The notes under the pieces are model-generated. The model was given only the letters and a program-made list of their open reading frames with translations. It had not been told where the DNA came from and ran no database searches. Made by a program: the position numbers and the translations under genes. From a virus (Duplodnaviria; Heunggongvirae; Uroviricota; Caudoviricetes), in IMG/VR virus record IMGVR_UViG_3300028275_000480, positions 1 through 64,000 of that record: DNA of 64,000 nt; one strand, written 5' to 3'. The first letter of the stretch is position 1. Each line of letters begins with the position of its first letter. Positions 44,670 to 54,862 of the stretch are shown piece after piece.

Positions 44670-45793
44670 AACTAGAACAAGTAATATCAGAAGCCAACAT
44701 AGCGGCTAAAATTAAAGATCCTAAAACAATCAAAATGATTGGGATTGCAATGCGTCACGACAGCACATTGCCAAAAGACAAAGTGGCAAAATTAGGCCCT
44801 AAGCCGACCGATGAGCAAATTCTAAACTTGTGGAGTGAATTATTAGATGCTTCTTTAAGATCAACTGACTATGGCGATCTTTCACAAGATGGTAAATTTG
44901 ATGATTGGTTAACTCGTTTATATACTAATGGTGTAGTTGACTACGAAGATATTAACGGCGAAGGTGGCGATGCTCTAGGTGCTTGGAAAGCTCTAAGTAT
45001 TCGTGGCAAGTTAAAAGAAAAAGATCAAGATTTTAATCGTTTTAAAAATTTACGCCAGATTCAGGCAATTGTACAAACTAGAGAATACCGCGACGAACTA
45101 CGTCGTATTAAAGACTCTGAAACGATTGAAAGACATAAACGTGAAAAGAAAGAAACAACGTTGATTGATAATGAACGTTTCTTAATTACATTACCTTACA
45201 ACTATGGTGCTTGTTATACATTTAATAACTCTGCAGGTTTCAATGCTTCATTCTGTACAGGGTCAAGCAGCGGTCTAACATGGTTTAATCGATATGCCAA
45301 GGACGGTCCTATTATCAGTATCCTTGACAAAGAAAACATTGATGATGTGAACGGCAAATGGCAGATGCATGGTCCTACAGGACAAATGAATAACGGCAAT
45401 CAAAGTTTATCTTATAGAAGTGGTGATGCTAAGTTTGCTGAGTTGTTTCCTGGACTAATGAAAGATATTATTGCTGCTATGAAATCTAAAGCAGAAGAAA
45501 TCAAACAAAACTCTACTGAACTTATGCAAGGCGGTTACGATATTAATCAAGCCATTGCTGATATAAAAGATCGTTTGCCTCATTCATATGCTTCGGAAAA
45601 ACCTAAGGAAAAAGATGAGCCAGAACAGACCGATGAAGGTCCAGGAACATTCTTAGTTACATTGTTATCAAACAATCGACAAGCAAGAGTTGAGGGTGAA
45701 AATGAAGAAGATGTAATTAATAAAGTAATTACAAGACATCCAAATTTAACCAGAGACGACATAAGTGTTGAAAGGATTCGCGAAGGCGAGTAA
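44666..45793 (+). CDS. hypothetical protein
   Basis: 375-aa ORF; ATGA overlap with the upstream gene. Confidence 0.55.
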   Translation: MKLEQVISEANIAAKIKDPKTIKMIGIAMRHDSTLPKDKVAKLGPKPTDEQILNLWSELLDASLRSTDYGDLSQDGKFDDWLTRLYTNGVVDYEDINGEGGDALGAWKALSIRGKLKEKDQDFNRFKNLRQIQAIVQTREYRDELRRIKDSETIERHKREKKETTLIDNERFLITLPYNYGACYTFNNSAGFNASFCTGSSSGLTWFNRYAKDGPIISILDKENIDDVNGKWQMHGPTGQMNNGNQSLSYRSGDAKFAELFPGLMKDIIAAMKSKAEEIKQNSTELMQGGYDINQAIADIKDRLPHSYASEKPKEKDEPEQTDEGPGTFLVTLLSNNRQARVEGENEEDVINKVITRHPNLTRDDISVERIREGE

Positions 45794-45886
45794 AAACACC
45801 CTACCTTAGGACGTTATCGTTACTATAGGGTTGCCCGGCTGCTGGGCAGGGGATTATGGGAGTCGTGCCCCGGAATGGTCCCCTAA

Positions 45887-46549
45887 GTGAGCTTTTATAA
45901 AGACCGTGGCATGAAGATAGCGTTATTTGTGCATCAACCTAAATGTTCAATAGAGTCTGGGAACGGTATTCTCGAAGCACTTCAACCATATCATAAATTT
46001 AAATTATTCACTAAATGGGATCTTGACGATAACTTTTTTGATGATGTTGATATGATTGCTATTCCAGGAGGTTTTGGAGATAGCGAAAGTTGGCATTATC
46101 TAATGCGTAATCATACGACCCGTATAAAAAAGTTTATTCAAGACGGTGGAAAATATCTAGGAATATGTATGGGAGCATATTGGGCAGGCAAACACTATTT
46201 TGATATTTTAGATAATGTTGACGCTGTTCAATATATCACTCGTCCAAACACCGACACCCGTAGACCACATGCAAAAGCAATTAATATTAATTGGTTAGGA
46301 CAACAAGAACGCATGTATTTCTATGATGGATGCGCATTGATCGGTGATAATAAAAAATTTCAAACAATAGCAACATACGCCAATGGAGATCCTATGGCTA
46401 TTATTCAAAATAATATAGGATTAATAGGTTGCCACCCTGAAAGTCAACTTAATTGGTATACAGAACATTATAGTTGGATGAAACCGCATTATCATCAAGG
46501 AAAACACTATAAATTGCTGTTAGATTTTGTTGATCAGTTAGATACCTAA
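45887..46549 (+). CDS. class-I glutamine amidotransferase-like domain protein
   Basis: GICMG nucleophile-elbow motif. Confidence 0.5.
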   Translation: MSFYKDRGMKIALFVHQPKCSIESGNGILEALQPYHKFKLFTKWDLDDNFFDDVDMIAIPGGFGDSESWHYLMRNHTTRIKKFIQDGGKYLGICMGAYWAGKHYFDILDNVDAVQYITRPNTDTRRPHAKAININWLGQQERMYFYDGCALIGDNKKFQTIATYANGDPMAIIQNNIGLIGCHPESQLNWYTEHYSWMKPHYHQGKHYKLLLDFVDQLDT

Positions 46550-46596
46550 AAGGTCTTAATGGGCCATAAATACTGGATCACAGAAGGAGGATCCAA

Positions 46597-47871
46597 ATGG
46601 ACCAACGTACACAGAGACAGCAAGAACTACAACAAGATTGGGCCACAAACCCAAGATGGAACGGTATTAAACGACCTTACACAGCAGAGGATGTAGTACG
46701 CCTACAAGGCAGCAAAATACATCCGAGCCAGTTCGCTGTTGAACAAGCAAACAAATTATTTAAACTTCTTCACACAGAAGATTATATTAATACACTTGGT
46801 GCCTTAACAGGTATGCAAGCATTACAACAAGTTAAAGCAGGATTAAAAGCAATTTATCTATCAGGATGGCAGGTAGCAGGCGATGCTAATTTAGCAGGAG
46901 AAATGTACCCTGATCAAAGTTTGTATCCAGCTAACTCGGTCCCGTCAGTAGTTCGTAAGATTAATAATACATTTCGAAGAGCAGACCAGATTGCTTGGAG
47001 CGAAGGCAAAGAACAAGATTTTTATGCTCCAATAATTGCCGATGCCGAAGCTGGGTTTGGCGGAGTGTTAAATGCATTTGAATTAATGAAAGCTATGATC
47101 GAAGCCGGTGCAGCCGGTGTACATTTTGAAGATCAGTTAGCCTCAGTAAAAAAATGCGGACATATGGGAGGAAAAGTACTTGTACCAACAAGAGAAGCTA
47201 TTAACAAATTGGTTGCTGCTCGTCTTGCTGCTGATGTCATGGGCGTGCCTACTTTGGTTATTGCCCGTACTGATGCCGAAGCAGGCGATCTTATCACTAG
47301 TGATGTTGATGATAATGATCGTCCTTTCCTTACTGGCGAAAGAACCGTTGAAGGATTTTATCGTACAAAGAACGGATTTGAACAAGCAGTCTCAAGAGCC
47401 GTTGCCTACGCACCCTACGCCGATCTTGTATGGTGTGAAACAGGGAAACCTGATCTTGATTTCGCAAGAAGATTTGCAGAAGAAGTACACAAACACCATC
47501 CAGGTAAAATGTTAGCCTACAACTGCTCGCCATCATTTAACTGGAAGAAGAACCTAGACGATGCAACCATTGCAAAGTTTCAACGCGAATTAGGTGCGAT
47601 GGGTTATAAGTTTCAATTTATTACTCTTGCCGGATTCCATAATTTAAACAACGGTATGTTTGAATTAGCACATGGATATGCCCGAGAAGGAATGACCGCT
47701 TTTGTAAAAATGCAAGAGCAAGAATTTGCAAATCAGGCATTAGGGTTTGAGGCAGTAAAACATCAAAGAGAAGTAGGAACAGGATATTTTGATCGTGTTA
47801 CTACAACCATCGAAGCAGATGCTTCTACTCAAGCACTAGTTGGTAGCACAGAGGAAGAACAATTTCATTAA
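46597..47871 (+). CDS. aceA: isocitrate lyase
   Basis: KKCGHMGGK signature; close full-length similarity to E. coli AceA from memory. Confidence 0.9.
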   Translation: MDQRTQRQQELQQDWATNPRWNGIKRPYTAEDVVRLQGSKIHPSQFAVEQANKLFKLLHTEDYINTLGALTGMQALQQVKAGLKAIYLSGWQVAGDANLAGEMYPDQSLYPANSVPSVVRKINNTFRRADQIAWSEGKEQDFYAPIIADAEAGFGGVLNAFELMKAMIEAGAAGVHFEDQLASVKKCGHMGGKVLVPTREAINKLVAARLAADVMGVPTLVIARTDAEAGDLITSDVDDNDRPFLTGERTVEGFYRTKNGFEQAVSRAVAYAPYADLVWCETGKPDLDFARRFAEEVHKHHPGKMLAYNCSPSFNWKKNLDDATIAKFQRELGAMGYKFQFITLAGFHNLNNGMFELAHGYAREGMTAFVKMQEQEFANQALGFEAVKHQREVGTGYFDRVTTTIEADASTQALVGSTEEEQFH

Positions 47872-47874
47872 TGT

Positions 47875-48459
47875 ATGATAGTATATATTCATGGTGCAAG
47901 TGCAACTGCCGCAAGTTTTACGCACATTAGACAATATGTTAGAGACACATTTGAAGAACCCGACATCATGCTTGAATATAAGAGTGATGACGGGTTTATG
48001 CACAACCTTAATCAAATGAAAGGTCAACTCGACGATGCTGACCGATTGTTCTTTATTAGCCATAGTCTAGGTGGTATCTATTCTTTGTATTTGGCTAATC
48101 ATTATAAAGAAACTACACACGGCGGTGTAAGTTTAAGCACACCCTACGGTGGAAGTAAAGAAGCAGATTTTGCTCGTTACTTCCTGCCTTTTAATAGGCT
48201 AATGAAAGATGTAGGCACCATGAGTAAACCAATGATAGTGGCTAGAGATTTACCTGCCCCACCAAATTGGACTCAGGTTGTTACCACGGTTGGTCAGAGT
48301 CCTTGGATACATGAGCCCAATGACGGGGTAGTTACTCTAGAGAGTATGCGTTACAGACAAGACTTTGAACAAATTGAAGTCCCTTTAAATCATTATGAAG
48401 TTGTTATTAGTGATCAAGTAGTTAACATTATCCTAGACAGGATAGGGAAATTTTTATGA
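47875..48459 (+). CDS. alpha/beta hydrolase (lipase/esterase-like)
   Basis: GxSxG motif HSLGG. Confidence 0.6.
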   Translation: MIVYIHGASATAASFTHIRQYVRDTFEEPDIMLEYKSDDGFMHNLNQMKGQLDDADRLFFISHSLGGIYSLYLANHYKETTHGGVSLSTPYGGSKEADFARYFLPFNRLMKDVGTMSKPMIVARDLPAPPNWTQVVTTVGQSPWIHEPNDGVVTLESMRYRQDFEQIEVPLNHYEVVISDQVVNIILDRIGKFL

Positions 48460-49160
48460 TAGAATTTATATATACTCTGGTAATGGTACAAATTACCATT
48501 GCCTGTGTTACTCTATATTTGCATAGAGGTCAAACACATCGAGCAGTACAATTTCATCCTTGGGTTGAACACTTTATGCGTTTTTGGTTATGGTTAACTA
48601 CAGGAATGATCACAAAAGAATGGGTAGCAATACATAGAAAACATCATCAATATGCAGATAAAGAAGGTGATCCTCATAGCCCTTTAATTTTTGGAATTAA
48701 AAATATAGTGTTCAACGGAGTACGGTATTACGGAATAGCCAGTAAAGACAGAGATATGATCGATAAACTTGGCATTGGTACTCCAGATGATTGGATTGAA
48801 CGCAATGTTTATACTCCCCACCCCCTAGCAGGAATTCTTTTAATGTTGGTCATAGACCTTGTTCTTTTTGGTCTTGTTGGGGTAGTAGTGTGGGGAGTTC
48901 AAATGATATGGATTCCTTTCTTTGCAGCAGGAGTTGTGAACGGAATAGGACATTGGTGGGGGTATCGTAATTATGATGTCAAGGACAATAGCAGAAATAT
49001 TTTTCCTATTGGATTTTTAATTGGCGGTGAAGAATTACATAACAACCACCACGGAGATGGCGCTAACCCTAAACTGAGTCGCAAGTGGTTTGAGTTTGAT
49101 ATAGGTTGGTTGTATATTAAAATTCTTGAAAAATTAAACTTAGCAAAAATTAGATCATAA
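48456..49160 (+). CDS. membrane fatty-acid desaturase (stearoyl-CoA/delta-9 type)
   Basis: three His boxes HRGQTH, HRKHH and HNNHH. Confidence 0.8.
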   Translation: MIEFIYTLVMVQITIACVTLYLHRGQTHRAVQFHPWVEHFMRFWLWLTTGMITKEWVAIHRKHHQYADKEGDPHSPLIFGIKNIVFNGVRYYGIASKDRDMIDKLGIGTPDDWIERNVYTPHPLAGILLMLVIDLVLFGLVGVVVWGVQMIWIPFFAAGVVNGIGHWWGYRNYDVKDNSRNIFPIGFLIGGEELHNNHHGDGANPKLSRKWFEFDIGWLYIKILEKLNLAKIRS

Positions 49161-49163
49161 TGA

Positions 49164-49190
49164 AAGGGCCCCGAAGGGCCCTTTCTTTCT
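49164..49190 (+). terminator. rho-independent terminator (bidirectional hairpin)
   Basis: aaagggccccgaagggcccttt followed by a T-rich run. Confidence 0.6.
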
Positions 49191-49229
49191 AGTACATAAT
49201 TATATAATACCGCTATGCGGTGGACTATA

Positions 49230-49505
49230 TTATTTCTTCGCGCCTGTATTTACAAAAGAATACATCTTTTCAGCAGCTTCTAGAACTTTTTCAATTCCAG
49301 GAAACTCAGGCATATTAACTTTAGTAATAACTTTACCTTCTTTATCACGTTCAACGGTAGCTTCCCAACCCAAATATTTATAGTGGAAGTCTTGACCAAC
49401 CAAGTCCTTAGCCATAGCTAAAACTTCTGTTCTAATCTCGTAACCGTTTTTATTAAATTTAACTTCTGGTGCTTTAACCATTTCATTTAATCCGTTATTT
49501 GTCAT
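49230..49505 (-). CDS. hypothetical protein
   Basis: 91-aa ORF with AGAGGA RBS. Confidence 0.5.
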   Translation of the reverse strand: MTNNGLNEMVKAPEVKFNKNGYEIRTEVLAMAKDLVGQDFHYKYLGWEATVERDKEGKVITKVNMPEFPGIEKVLEAAEKMYSFVNTGAKK

Positions 49506-49534
49506 TTTATTTTTCCTCTGTGTGTGTTAAAAAA

Positions 49535-49753
49535 TTACTTGCTTTTTTTTGCGTAAACTGCATCAGATGCGTTTTTAACAAATGCTTCTGCAATTGAAAG
49601 AGTAGTTTTAACCTGACCCTTAGCAAATTCAGTTTGTGCATCTACTAATTTGATAAGTTCTGCTTTGAAAGATTCATTGTTAACGACAAAAGTGTTAACA
49701 AATTGCTTTTTAGCGTTTTGAACGCTGTCGATGATAAAGTCTGCTGTAAACAT
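49535..49753 (-). CDS. hypothetical protein (helical)
   Basis: 72-aa ORF with AAGGAG RBS. Confidence 0.5.
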   Translation of the reverse strand: MFTADFIIDSVQNAKKQFVNTFVVNNESFKAELIKLVDAQTEFAKGQVKTTLSIAEAFVKNASDAVYAKKSK

Positions 49754-49981
49754 AATTTTTCTCCTTGTGTGTGTATGTTTTACGATTACTCAGCAACCTG
49801 CTTTGTAATCTTTATTATATATCTCTTTTACTAAAAATTCAACGGAAATACGAACATTCGAGTAAATTTCCTTTGTTTAGTTTTTAATAATATCCGCCGT
49901 TTCTATAGCCTTTACGATTTCGATATTCGTGCAATGATTCTGCACAAGCTATTAAAAAATTCCAAGTTGATTTGATCAATT

Positions 49982-50239
49982 TCATAGATATTGCTCCTTG
50001 CTGTTATAGCTGAATTCACGTATGTAGTTTTCTAACTGAGCGGCATCGGTAATGCCTTTGGTACTTAGATATTGATCTAAGCGGCTTTGATAAGAGCTAT
50101 CTGGGAACATCTCTGCTAGTCGCTCTAAAATGGCTAGCATCTTTCTTGATAAGATTTTCATCTGTCTATCCTCTGTAAGTGTGTGTAGCAACTCATGGTT
50201 TCTACTAATATATTTAGCAATTATATGCTGCACCCGCAC
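49982..50239 (-). CDS. hypothetical protein
   Basis: 85-aa ORF. Confidence 0.45.
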   Translation of the reverse strand: MRVQHIIAKYISRNHELLHTLTEDRQMKILSRKMLAILERLAEMFPDSSYQSRLDQYLSTKGITDAAQLENYIREFSYNSKEQYL

Positions 50240-50323
50240 ATTTTTTCAACACTTGATTTTATCAACAATTTTGTTTAATATAGATTAATCTGAGTTAAAT
50301 ACATAATACGAATTGGAATTGCG

Positions 50324-50605
50324 ATGAAACTAAGAACTCGTTCAATTTTGCAGGAACTAAATGAAGTTGCGTCTCGACGCAATACTGATGCTCTCATCGA
50401 AAGCAGAGCCACCAATATTATTAATTCTGCAATCAATTTACTTGAAAGTATTCATAAGCACTACGACCCTGAACAAGCAGATGAATTAGAGCGTAGGCTT
50501 ATTAATGCTATTAAAGGGCAAGACCCCGCCAAATTTGTGCGAGGTGTTAGAAAAATTTCAGAATCAAAAAAACATAAGAATAAGTTAAATGAATCCGAAG
50601 AATAA
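50324..50605 (+). CDS. hypothetical protein
   Basis: 93-aa ORF. Confidence 0.45.
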   Translation: MKLRTRSILQELNEVASRRNTDALIESRATNIINSAINLLESIHKHYDPEQADELERRLINAIKGQDPAKFVRGVRKISESKKHKNKLNESEE

Positions 50606-50915
50606 AGAATTACTTTTATCGTCTATTGCTGAAGCTAAAGGACTAGCTTATAGTTCTGAGCTAGGTCTTGTTGAAAATGATATCAACATTACTGACGAAA
50701 ATCAAATTGCCAAACGTTTGCTAGGACAAATGACCACAGACAAAGATTTAGCCACCGTTGAATCTATTGTTAATGTTATTATTAAACTTCCCAATTACGA
50801 AAAGCTAATTGAAGCAGCTCGCAAAGAAATAGAATTGCCCAAGCAAAACACTATTGAAAGTTTCCAAATAGGAACCGTAGCATGGTTTCGTAGAATGATG
50901 GAAGCAATTAGTTAA
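50589..50915 (+). CDS. hypothetical protein
   Basis: 108-aa ORF. Confidence 0.45.
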   Translation: MNPKNKELLLSSIAEAKGLAYSSELGLVENDINITDENQIAKRLLGQMTTDKDLATVESIVNVIIKLPNYEKLIEAARKEIELPKQNTIESFQIGTVAWFRRMMEAIS

Positions 50916-51004
50916 AAAGACGCAGTAAACTCCTAGTTTTATCCAAAACGGCTAAATATTATGCCGGCCTCTGAGCGAGGTCATTGATTTAAGGAGAAAA
51001 TATC

Positions 51005-51355
51005 ATGGCAGACGTAACATCATTAGCAGTAGGCAGCACAACATTTGGTGCGAACTACGAGCAATTAGTAAACACACAAGGTCTTAGCGGTAATCTTATC
51101 GTTGCTTCTATCAGCAAAGGTACAGGTTCAGCTACTGAAGCAGAACTAGTAGCAGTTCTAAAGAAAATTTGCAACGGTACAGACGTTGGCGCAACAAATG
51201 ACGCTTTCAACGTTGTTGGTTTCAACGCAGCTACTTTAGGTACAGACCCAGCATACGTTCTATTGAACGGTACAGGTACACTAGGTACTACAAGCGGCGA
51301 CTACGGTTCAGATATCACCGTATCTATTGTTGCTACATTCAGCCTAGCTGTTTAA
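51005..51355 (+). CDS. Gly/Thr-rich small protein (probably abundant or structural)
   Basis: strong TAAGGAG RBS and a strong terminator directly downstream. Confidence 0.6.
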   Translation: MADVTSLAVGSTTFGANYEQLVNTQGLSGNLIVASISKGTGSATEAELVAVLKKICNGTDVGATNDAFNVVGFNAATLGTDPAYVLLNGTGTLGTTSGDYGSDITVSIVATFSLAV

Positions 51356-51376
51356 TATTTCCTAGGGATGGGAAGT

Positions 51377-51406
51377 GGGGGCGGATTTTTTCCGCCCTTT
51401 TTCTTT
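51377..51406 (+). terminator. rho-independent terminator
   Basis: gggcgga-tttttt-tccgccc hairpin followed by a T-run. Confidence 0.7.
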
Positions 51407-51427
51407 GGCCATAAATAGTAGCACATT

Positions 51428-51820
51428 ATGGCACGATATAGAATTACCACCTTAGTCGATATAACAAGATCTAATCCTCCAAGGACTGAAACGGATAAAA
51501 TTAAAATTGGACAACAATCTAATTTCAATTCGTTGATCCAGGCTATAGGATTAAGAGCCAATATTTCTTGGGTAAAAGATCCTGTGGTTAACAATGGAAC
51601 GTTACCCGACCCTTGGAAAGGCAAGGCAACTTATTGGATATGGGAATTTGATACTGAAAGAGTTGACGAGTTTCTTAAAGGAAATAATCCTGTAGGTCTA
51701 CTACTTGACGATCTACATGGTGTGCCTGTGATAGAAAATTTAACAAACACCGCAGATATAGATCCGCCTGCATTTCAAAGTAAAGGCGACAAGTCAAACA
51801 TTTTTGTTGAAATTATCTAG
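51428..51820 (+). CDS. hypothetical protein
   Basis: 130-aa ORF. Confidence 0.5.
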   Translation: MARYRITTLVDITRSNPPRTETDKIKIGQQSNFNSLIQAIGLRANISWVKDPVVNNGTLPDPWKGKATYWIWEFDTERVDEFLKGNNPVGLLLDDLHGVPVIENLTNTADIDPPAFQSKGDKSNIFVEII

Positions 51821-51881
51821 GAGTTAAATTTCCTAGTATTCCATTTTAAATACTATAGCTCACTTAAGGGCTATTTTTATC

Positions 51882-52208
51882 ATGGAAAACTTCAACAATT
51901 TTAAAAACAAAACAATTTCTCAAATCAGGCTTTGGGCTTGGGCAGCGGCTGTCCTTCCTCTAACGGCACTAGCAGGCATATTTTTTATATGGAAATTCTT
52001 TGACCATTCAACACTAGGTTATGTTATGATATCGGGCGAAACTATTATGTTTGGCGTTGCTGTATCGTGGTGGTGGTGGGCTATGTATGTTCTTCGAAAT
52101 CTGGTTAAACACTGGGATGATACTAGAGATAAAGTACACGATGTTCTTATTGATGTTAAACACATGAAGAACATTGTTATAGAAGTCTTAAAGAAAGAAG
52201 ATAAATAA
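51882..52208 (+). CDS. membrane protein (2 TM)
   Basis: 108-aa ORF. Confidence 0.5.
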   Translation: MENFNNFKNKTISQIRLWAWAAAVLPLTALAGIFFIWKFFDHSTLGYVMISGETIMFGVAVSWWWWAMYVLRNLVKHWDDTRDKVHDVLIDVKHMKNIVIEVLKKEDK

Positions 52209-52281
52209 AATATAAATTTATTAAGGCTCTACAGGCATAGTTTTAAGGCATCCAGTTTTTATATATTGGAGATATATCATT

Positions 52282-52524
52282 ATGTCTGAATTAGCACAGA
52301 CTACTAAATTAGAAAAAGAAAGTCTTGAAGCTCACGTGGACCTGTGCGCTATGCGCTACCTCCAACTTGACACAAGATTGACAAACCTTGAAAACAAAGT
52401 TGATTCTATTCACAATGACATTGTTGAAGGTCAGAAGTCGATGACCAAAGTCATTGTTGGTACCGCTGGTACCGTAATTGCAGGTGTATTAAGTATTATC
52501 ATTACCATGCTTATGCGAGGTTGA
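52282..52524 (+). CDS. C-terminally membrane-anchored small protein
   Basis: 80-aa ORF with coiled-coil plus TM. Confidence 0.5.
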   Translation: MSELAQTTKLEKESLEAHVDLCAMRYLQLDTRLTNLENKVDSIHNDIVEGQKSMTKVIVGTAGTVIAGVLSIIITMLMRG

Positions 52525-52556
52525 TAATTTTTAGTATATTATATACGCAGTTAAAT

Positions 52557-52579
52557 AAAGGACCATAGGTCCTTTTTTT
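52557..52579 (+). terminator. rho-independent terminator
   Basis: aaaggaccataggtccttt hairpin followed by a T-run. Confidence 0.65.
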
Positions 52580-53020
52580 ATGACTGAGATTTCCAAAAAG
52601 TTAGCCAGCGTTATTAACGCAGCTCAAAAGAAATTAATAAATGAAAACCAAATCATGCCTGTTAAGGTTGAGGGCGGAATTTTGGTTGGAAATGTGGTTA
52701 TTGTTAATGAGGGCACCGTAAAGCATTTGTTTAAACATGAAGAGCTTATATATAAAGATGTTTATCTAAACAAGGTCGCTATTAGATTAGCTAACCTATT
52801 AGCCAGAAATATACGAAATGTTACCATGGACAAACTTTACAGCGAAGATCAGGACTATGGAAAATGGTATTTGGACAGCCAAATGTTGGTTGCGCAATAT
52901 CACAAAGCACTACATACTAAAGATCACGACAAGGCCGATGTATTATGGGCTAAGTACTTAGAGAGCAAAGGAAAAGCACTACAGGCCAAATCTCGAGCAG
53001 AGTCTTTGGCTTCAATTTGA
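52580..53020 (+). CDS. hypothetical protein
   Basis: 146-aa ORF. Confidence 0.5.
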   Translation: MTEISKKLASVINAAQKKLINENQIMPVKVEGGILVGNVVIVNEGTVKHLFKHEELIYKDVYLNKVAIRLANLLARNIRNVTMDKLYSEDQDYGKWYLDSQMLVAQYHKALHTKDHDKADVLWAKYLESKGKALQAKSRAESLASI

Positions 53021-53055
53021 ATAAATATTAAACTACCCCTAGGTGCTATGAACAT

Positions 53056-54177
53056 ATGAAAACATCTGATATTTTTAAAAGATCTTCCGCAAAGATCAAC
53101 GAAAGCATTGAGCAAATATTTGGTAAAAAGATCAATCTTGAATCTTTTACCCTAGATCAATTGCAGGATGCTAGAAACAAACTACGTACCCAAATAAGTC
53201 AAGTACGTAGCGAATCTGCGTTTAACGAAACATTAGAAAACGAAGCATTTACACAAGCTCAGTGGATGCTTGATGCCATTAATGCAGAAATTGCAGAACG
53301 CGAAGAATTTATTGTAGATCCAATAGAGGAATATCAAGCAGAAGGAGCTGATCAAGAAACTAAAGCAGCCCACGATGCTGGTTATAAAGATGCTTCTCAA
53401 GGAAAGAAAAAGAACCCATATAATCCAGGGTCACCATCAGCAAAGAATTATGACGATGGACAAGATTCTTATAAAAGACATTTTGGAGAAGAAGCTGTAT
53501 CGGAAAAAGCACCTCCTACAGCCAAAGGGGAAAGAATGGTAAAGCATATCAAAAAAGGGTATGCAAAAGATGGTAAACTAACAGATAAAGAAAAGTCGAT
53601 AGCCTACGCAACAGCGTGGAAGCATCACAACAAAAACGAATCAGTCAATACAGGAGATAATATGACTAAGCTAAAAGAAGGCGAGATCCAGCAGGCCAGT
53701 GCGATCGTTAACGCTAAGACAATGGTAGACAGAGTTGGCCGTTGGATTGAAGAACTATCTGGTATGGAGAACGATACACTTCTACAACTTGGTGATTCTA
53801 TCCGTGATGAAATGGGTTCAGAACAAGCCAAGAGCTTTATCAGCGCAGTTGCTCCTGCAATTCAACAGGCATTAGAAAATCTTAAAGCAACACGCGAAAC
53901 TCTAGCAACAGGTGTTCGCCAGTTAACAGGCGAAGAACAAGGCGCAGAAATGTTAGGTGCTGAGCCAGGTGCAGAAGGCGGCGACGAATTTGGCGGAGCA
54001 GCCGAACCAGATATGATGAATGCAGGTGGAGACGAAGGTGGAGATATTGCTCCAGCTGAACCAACTGATGACTTTGGCGCAAGTGATGCAGCAGCAGGCG
54101 GATTAGAAGCAGCTGGTCGTGAAAAGCGTGAAAGCATTGAGCGTGGCAATAGCTTACTAAGAGTATTGGCAGGCTAA
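53056..54177 (+). CDS. acidic low-complexity protein (scaffold or internal-protein-like)
   Basis: 373-aa ORF with a Gly/Ala/Glu-rich C-terminus. Confidence 0.5.
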   Translation: MKTSDIFKRSSAKINESIEQIFGKKINLESFTLDQLQDARNKLRTQISQVRSESAFNETLENEAFTQAQWMLDAINAEIAEREEFIVDPIEEYQAEGADQETKAAHDAGYKDASQGKKKNPYNPGSPSAKNYDDGQDSYKRHFGEEAVSEKAPPTAKGERMVKHIKKGYAKDGKLTDKEKSIAYATAWKHHNKNESVNTGDNMTKLKEGEIQQASAIVNAKTMVDRVGRWIEELSGMENDTLLQLGDSIRDEMGSEQAKSFISAVAPAIQQALENLKATRETLATGVRQLTGEEQGAEMLGAEPGAEGGDEFGGAAEPDMMNAGGDEGGDIAPAEPTDDFGASDAAAGGLEAAGREKRESIERGNSLLRVLAG

Positions 54178-54452
54178 TGAGATTCCAAGACGTTGCTTAT
54201 GAGGGCGACTTTCTAAAAATTAGAGAGCTTGCCCCAACCTTAGGTGCTCCTGCTCCTGGCGCTGCTCCTGGCGCTGGTGCTACTACTATGGCACCTGGTC
54301 AACAAGTATCTCAAGACCCACAGGCTCAACAAAAAATGATGGCTCAACAAGCATTAGATAGAGCTAATCAGAAAAAAGAAATACAAGAGTTAATTAAACA
54401 AAAGCAGGCAGAACTAGCCGATTTACAAAAACAACTGGCAGCAATTAAATGA
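54177..54452 (+). CDS. hypothetical protein (Ala/Pro/Gln-rich)
   Basis: 91-aa ORF. Confidence 0.45.
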   Translation: MRFQDVAYEGDFLKIRELAPTLGAPAPGAAPGAGATTMAPGQQVSQDPQAQQKMMAQQALDRANQKKEIQELIKQKQAELADLQKQLAAIK

Positions 54453-54835
54453 GATTTTTTGAATTTGAAGGTGATGGCGTTGATAAACTTATTATGGTTC
54501 TTAGAAACTATATAGGTCGCGCTTCATCAAAAAAAGCGCCTGCCAAATTGAATTGGGCCGGAATTAATAAAGTTATTCAAACCAGTGGTTTTGAATTAGG
54601 CACTGACTACGAAACATTCAAAGCAATGTATGATGCTAGTCCTGCTATTCAACAAATGGTTAAAAATTTTAATGCCAGCGGAATCGAACTAAACGTCCCG
54701 GGAGCACCTGATGCAGAAAAACCACAACAAGATGGTGAAACTAGTCAGGAAAAACTAGATAAAGCCGCAGCAAGTGCGGCTCCTGCACAAATGGCGCAGG
54801 CCAACCAAACTGCCCCTGCTCAGGACTTGACCTAA
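54449..54835 (+). CDS. hypothetical protein
   Basis: 128-aa ORF. Confidence 0.5.
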   Translation: MRFFEFEGDGVDKLIMVLRNYIGRASSKKAPAKLNWAGINKVIQTSGFELGTDYETFKAMYDASPAIQQMVKNFNASGIELNVPGAPDAEKPQQDGETSQEKLDKAAASAAPAQMAQANQTAPAQDLT

Positions 54836-54862
54836 TTAAAACATTCTGTTAATATATACAGA

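Noticed and set aside
51352-51624. Minus-strand 90-aa ORF across terminator 51377..51406
   Set aside because: It overlaps a strong plus-strand terminator and the start of 51428..51820, and it has no RBS.
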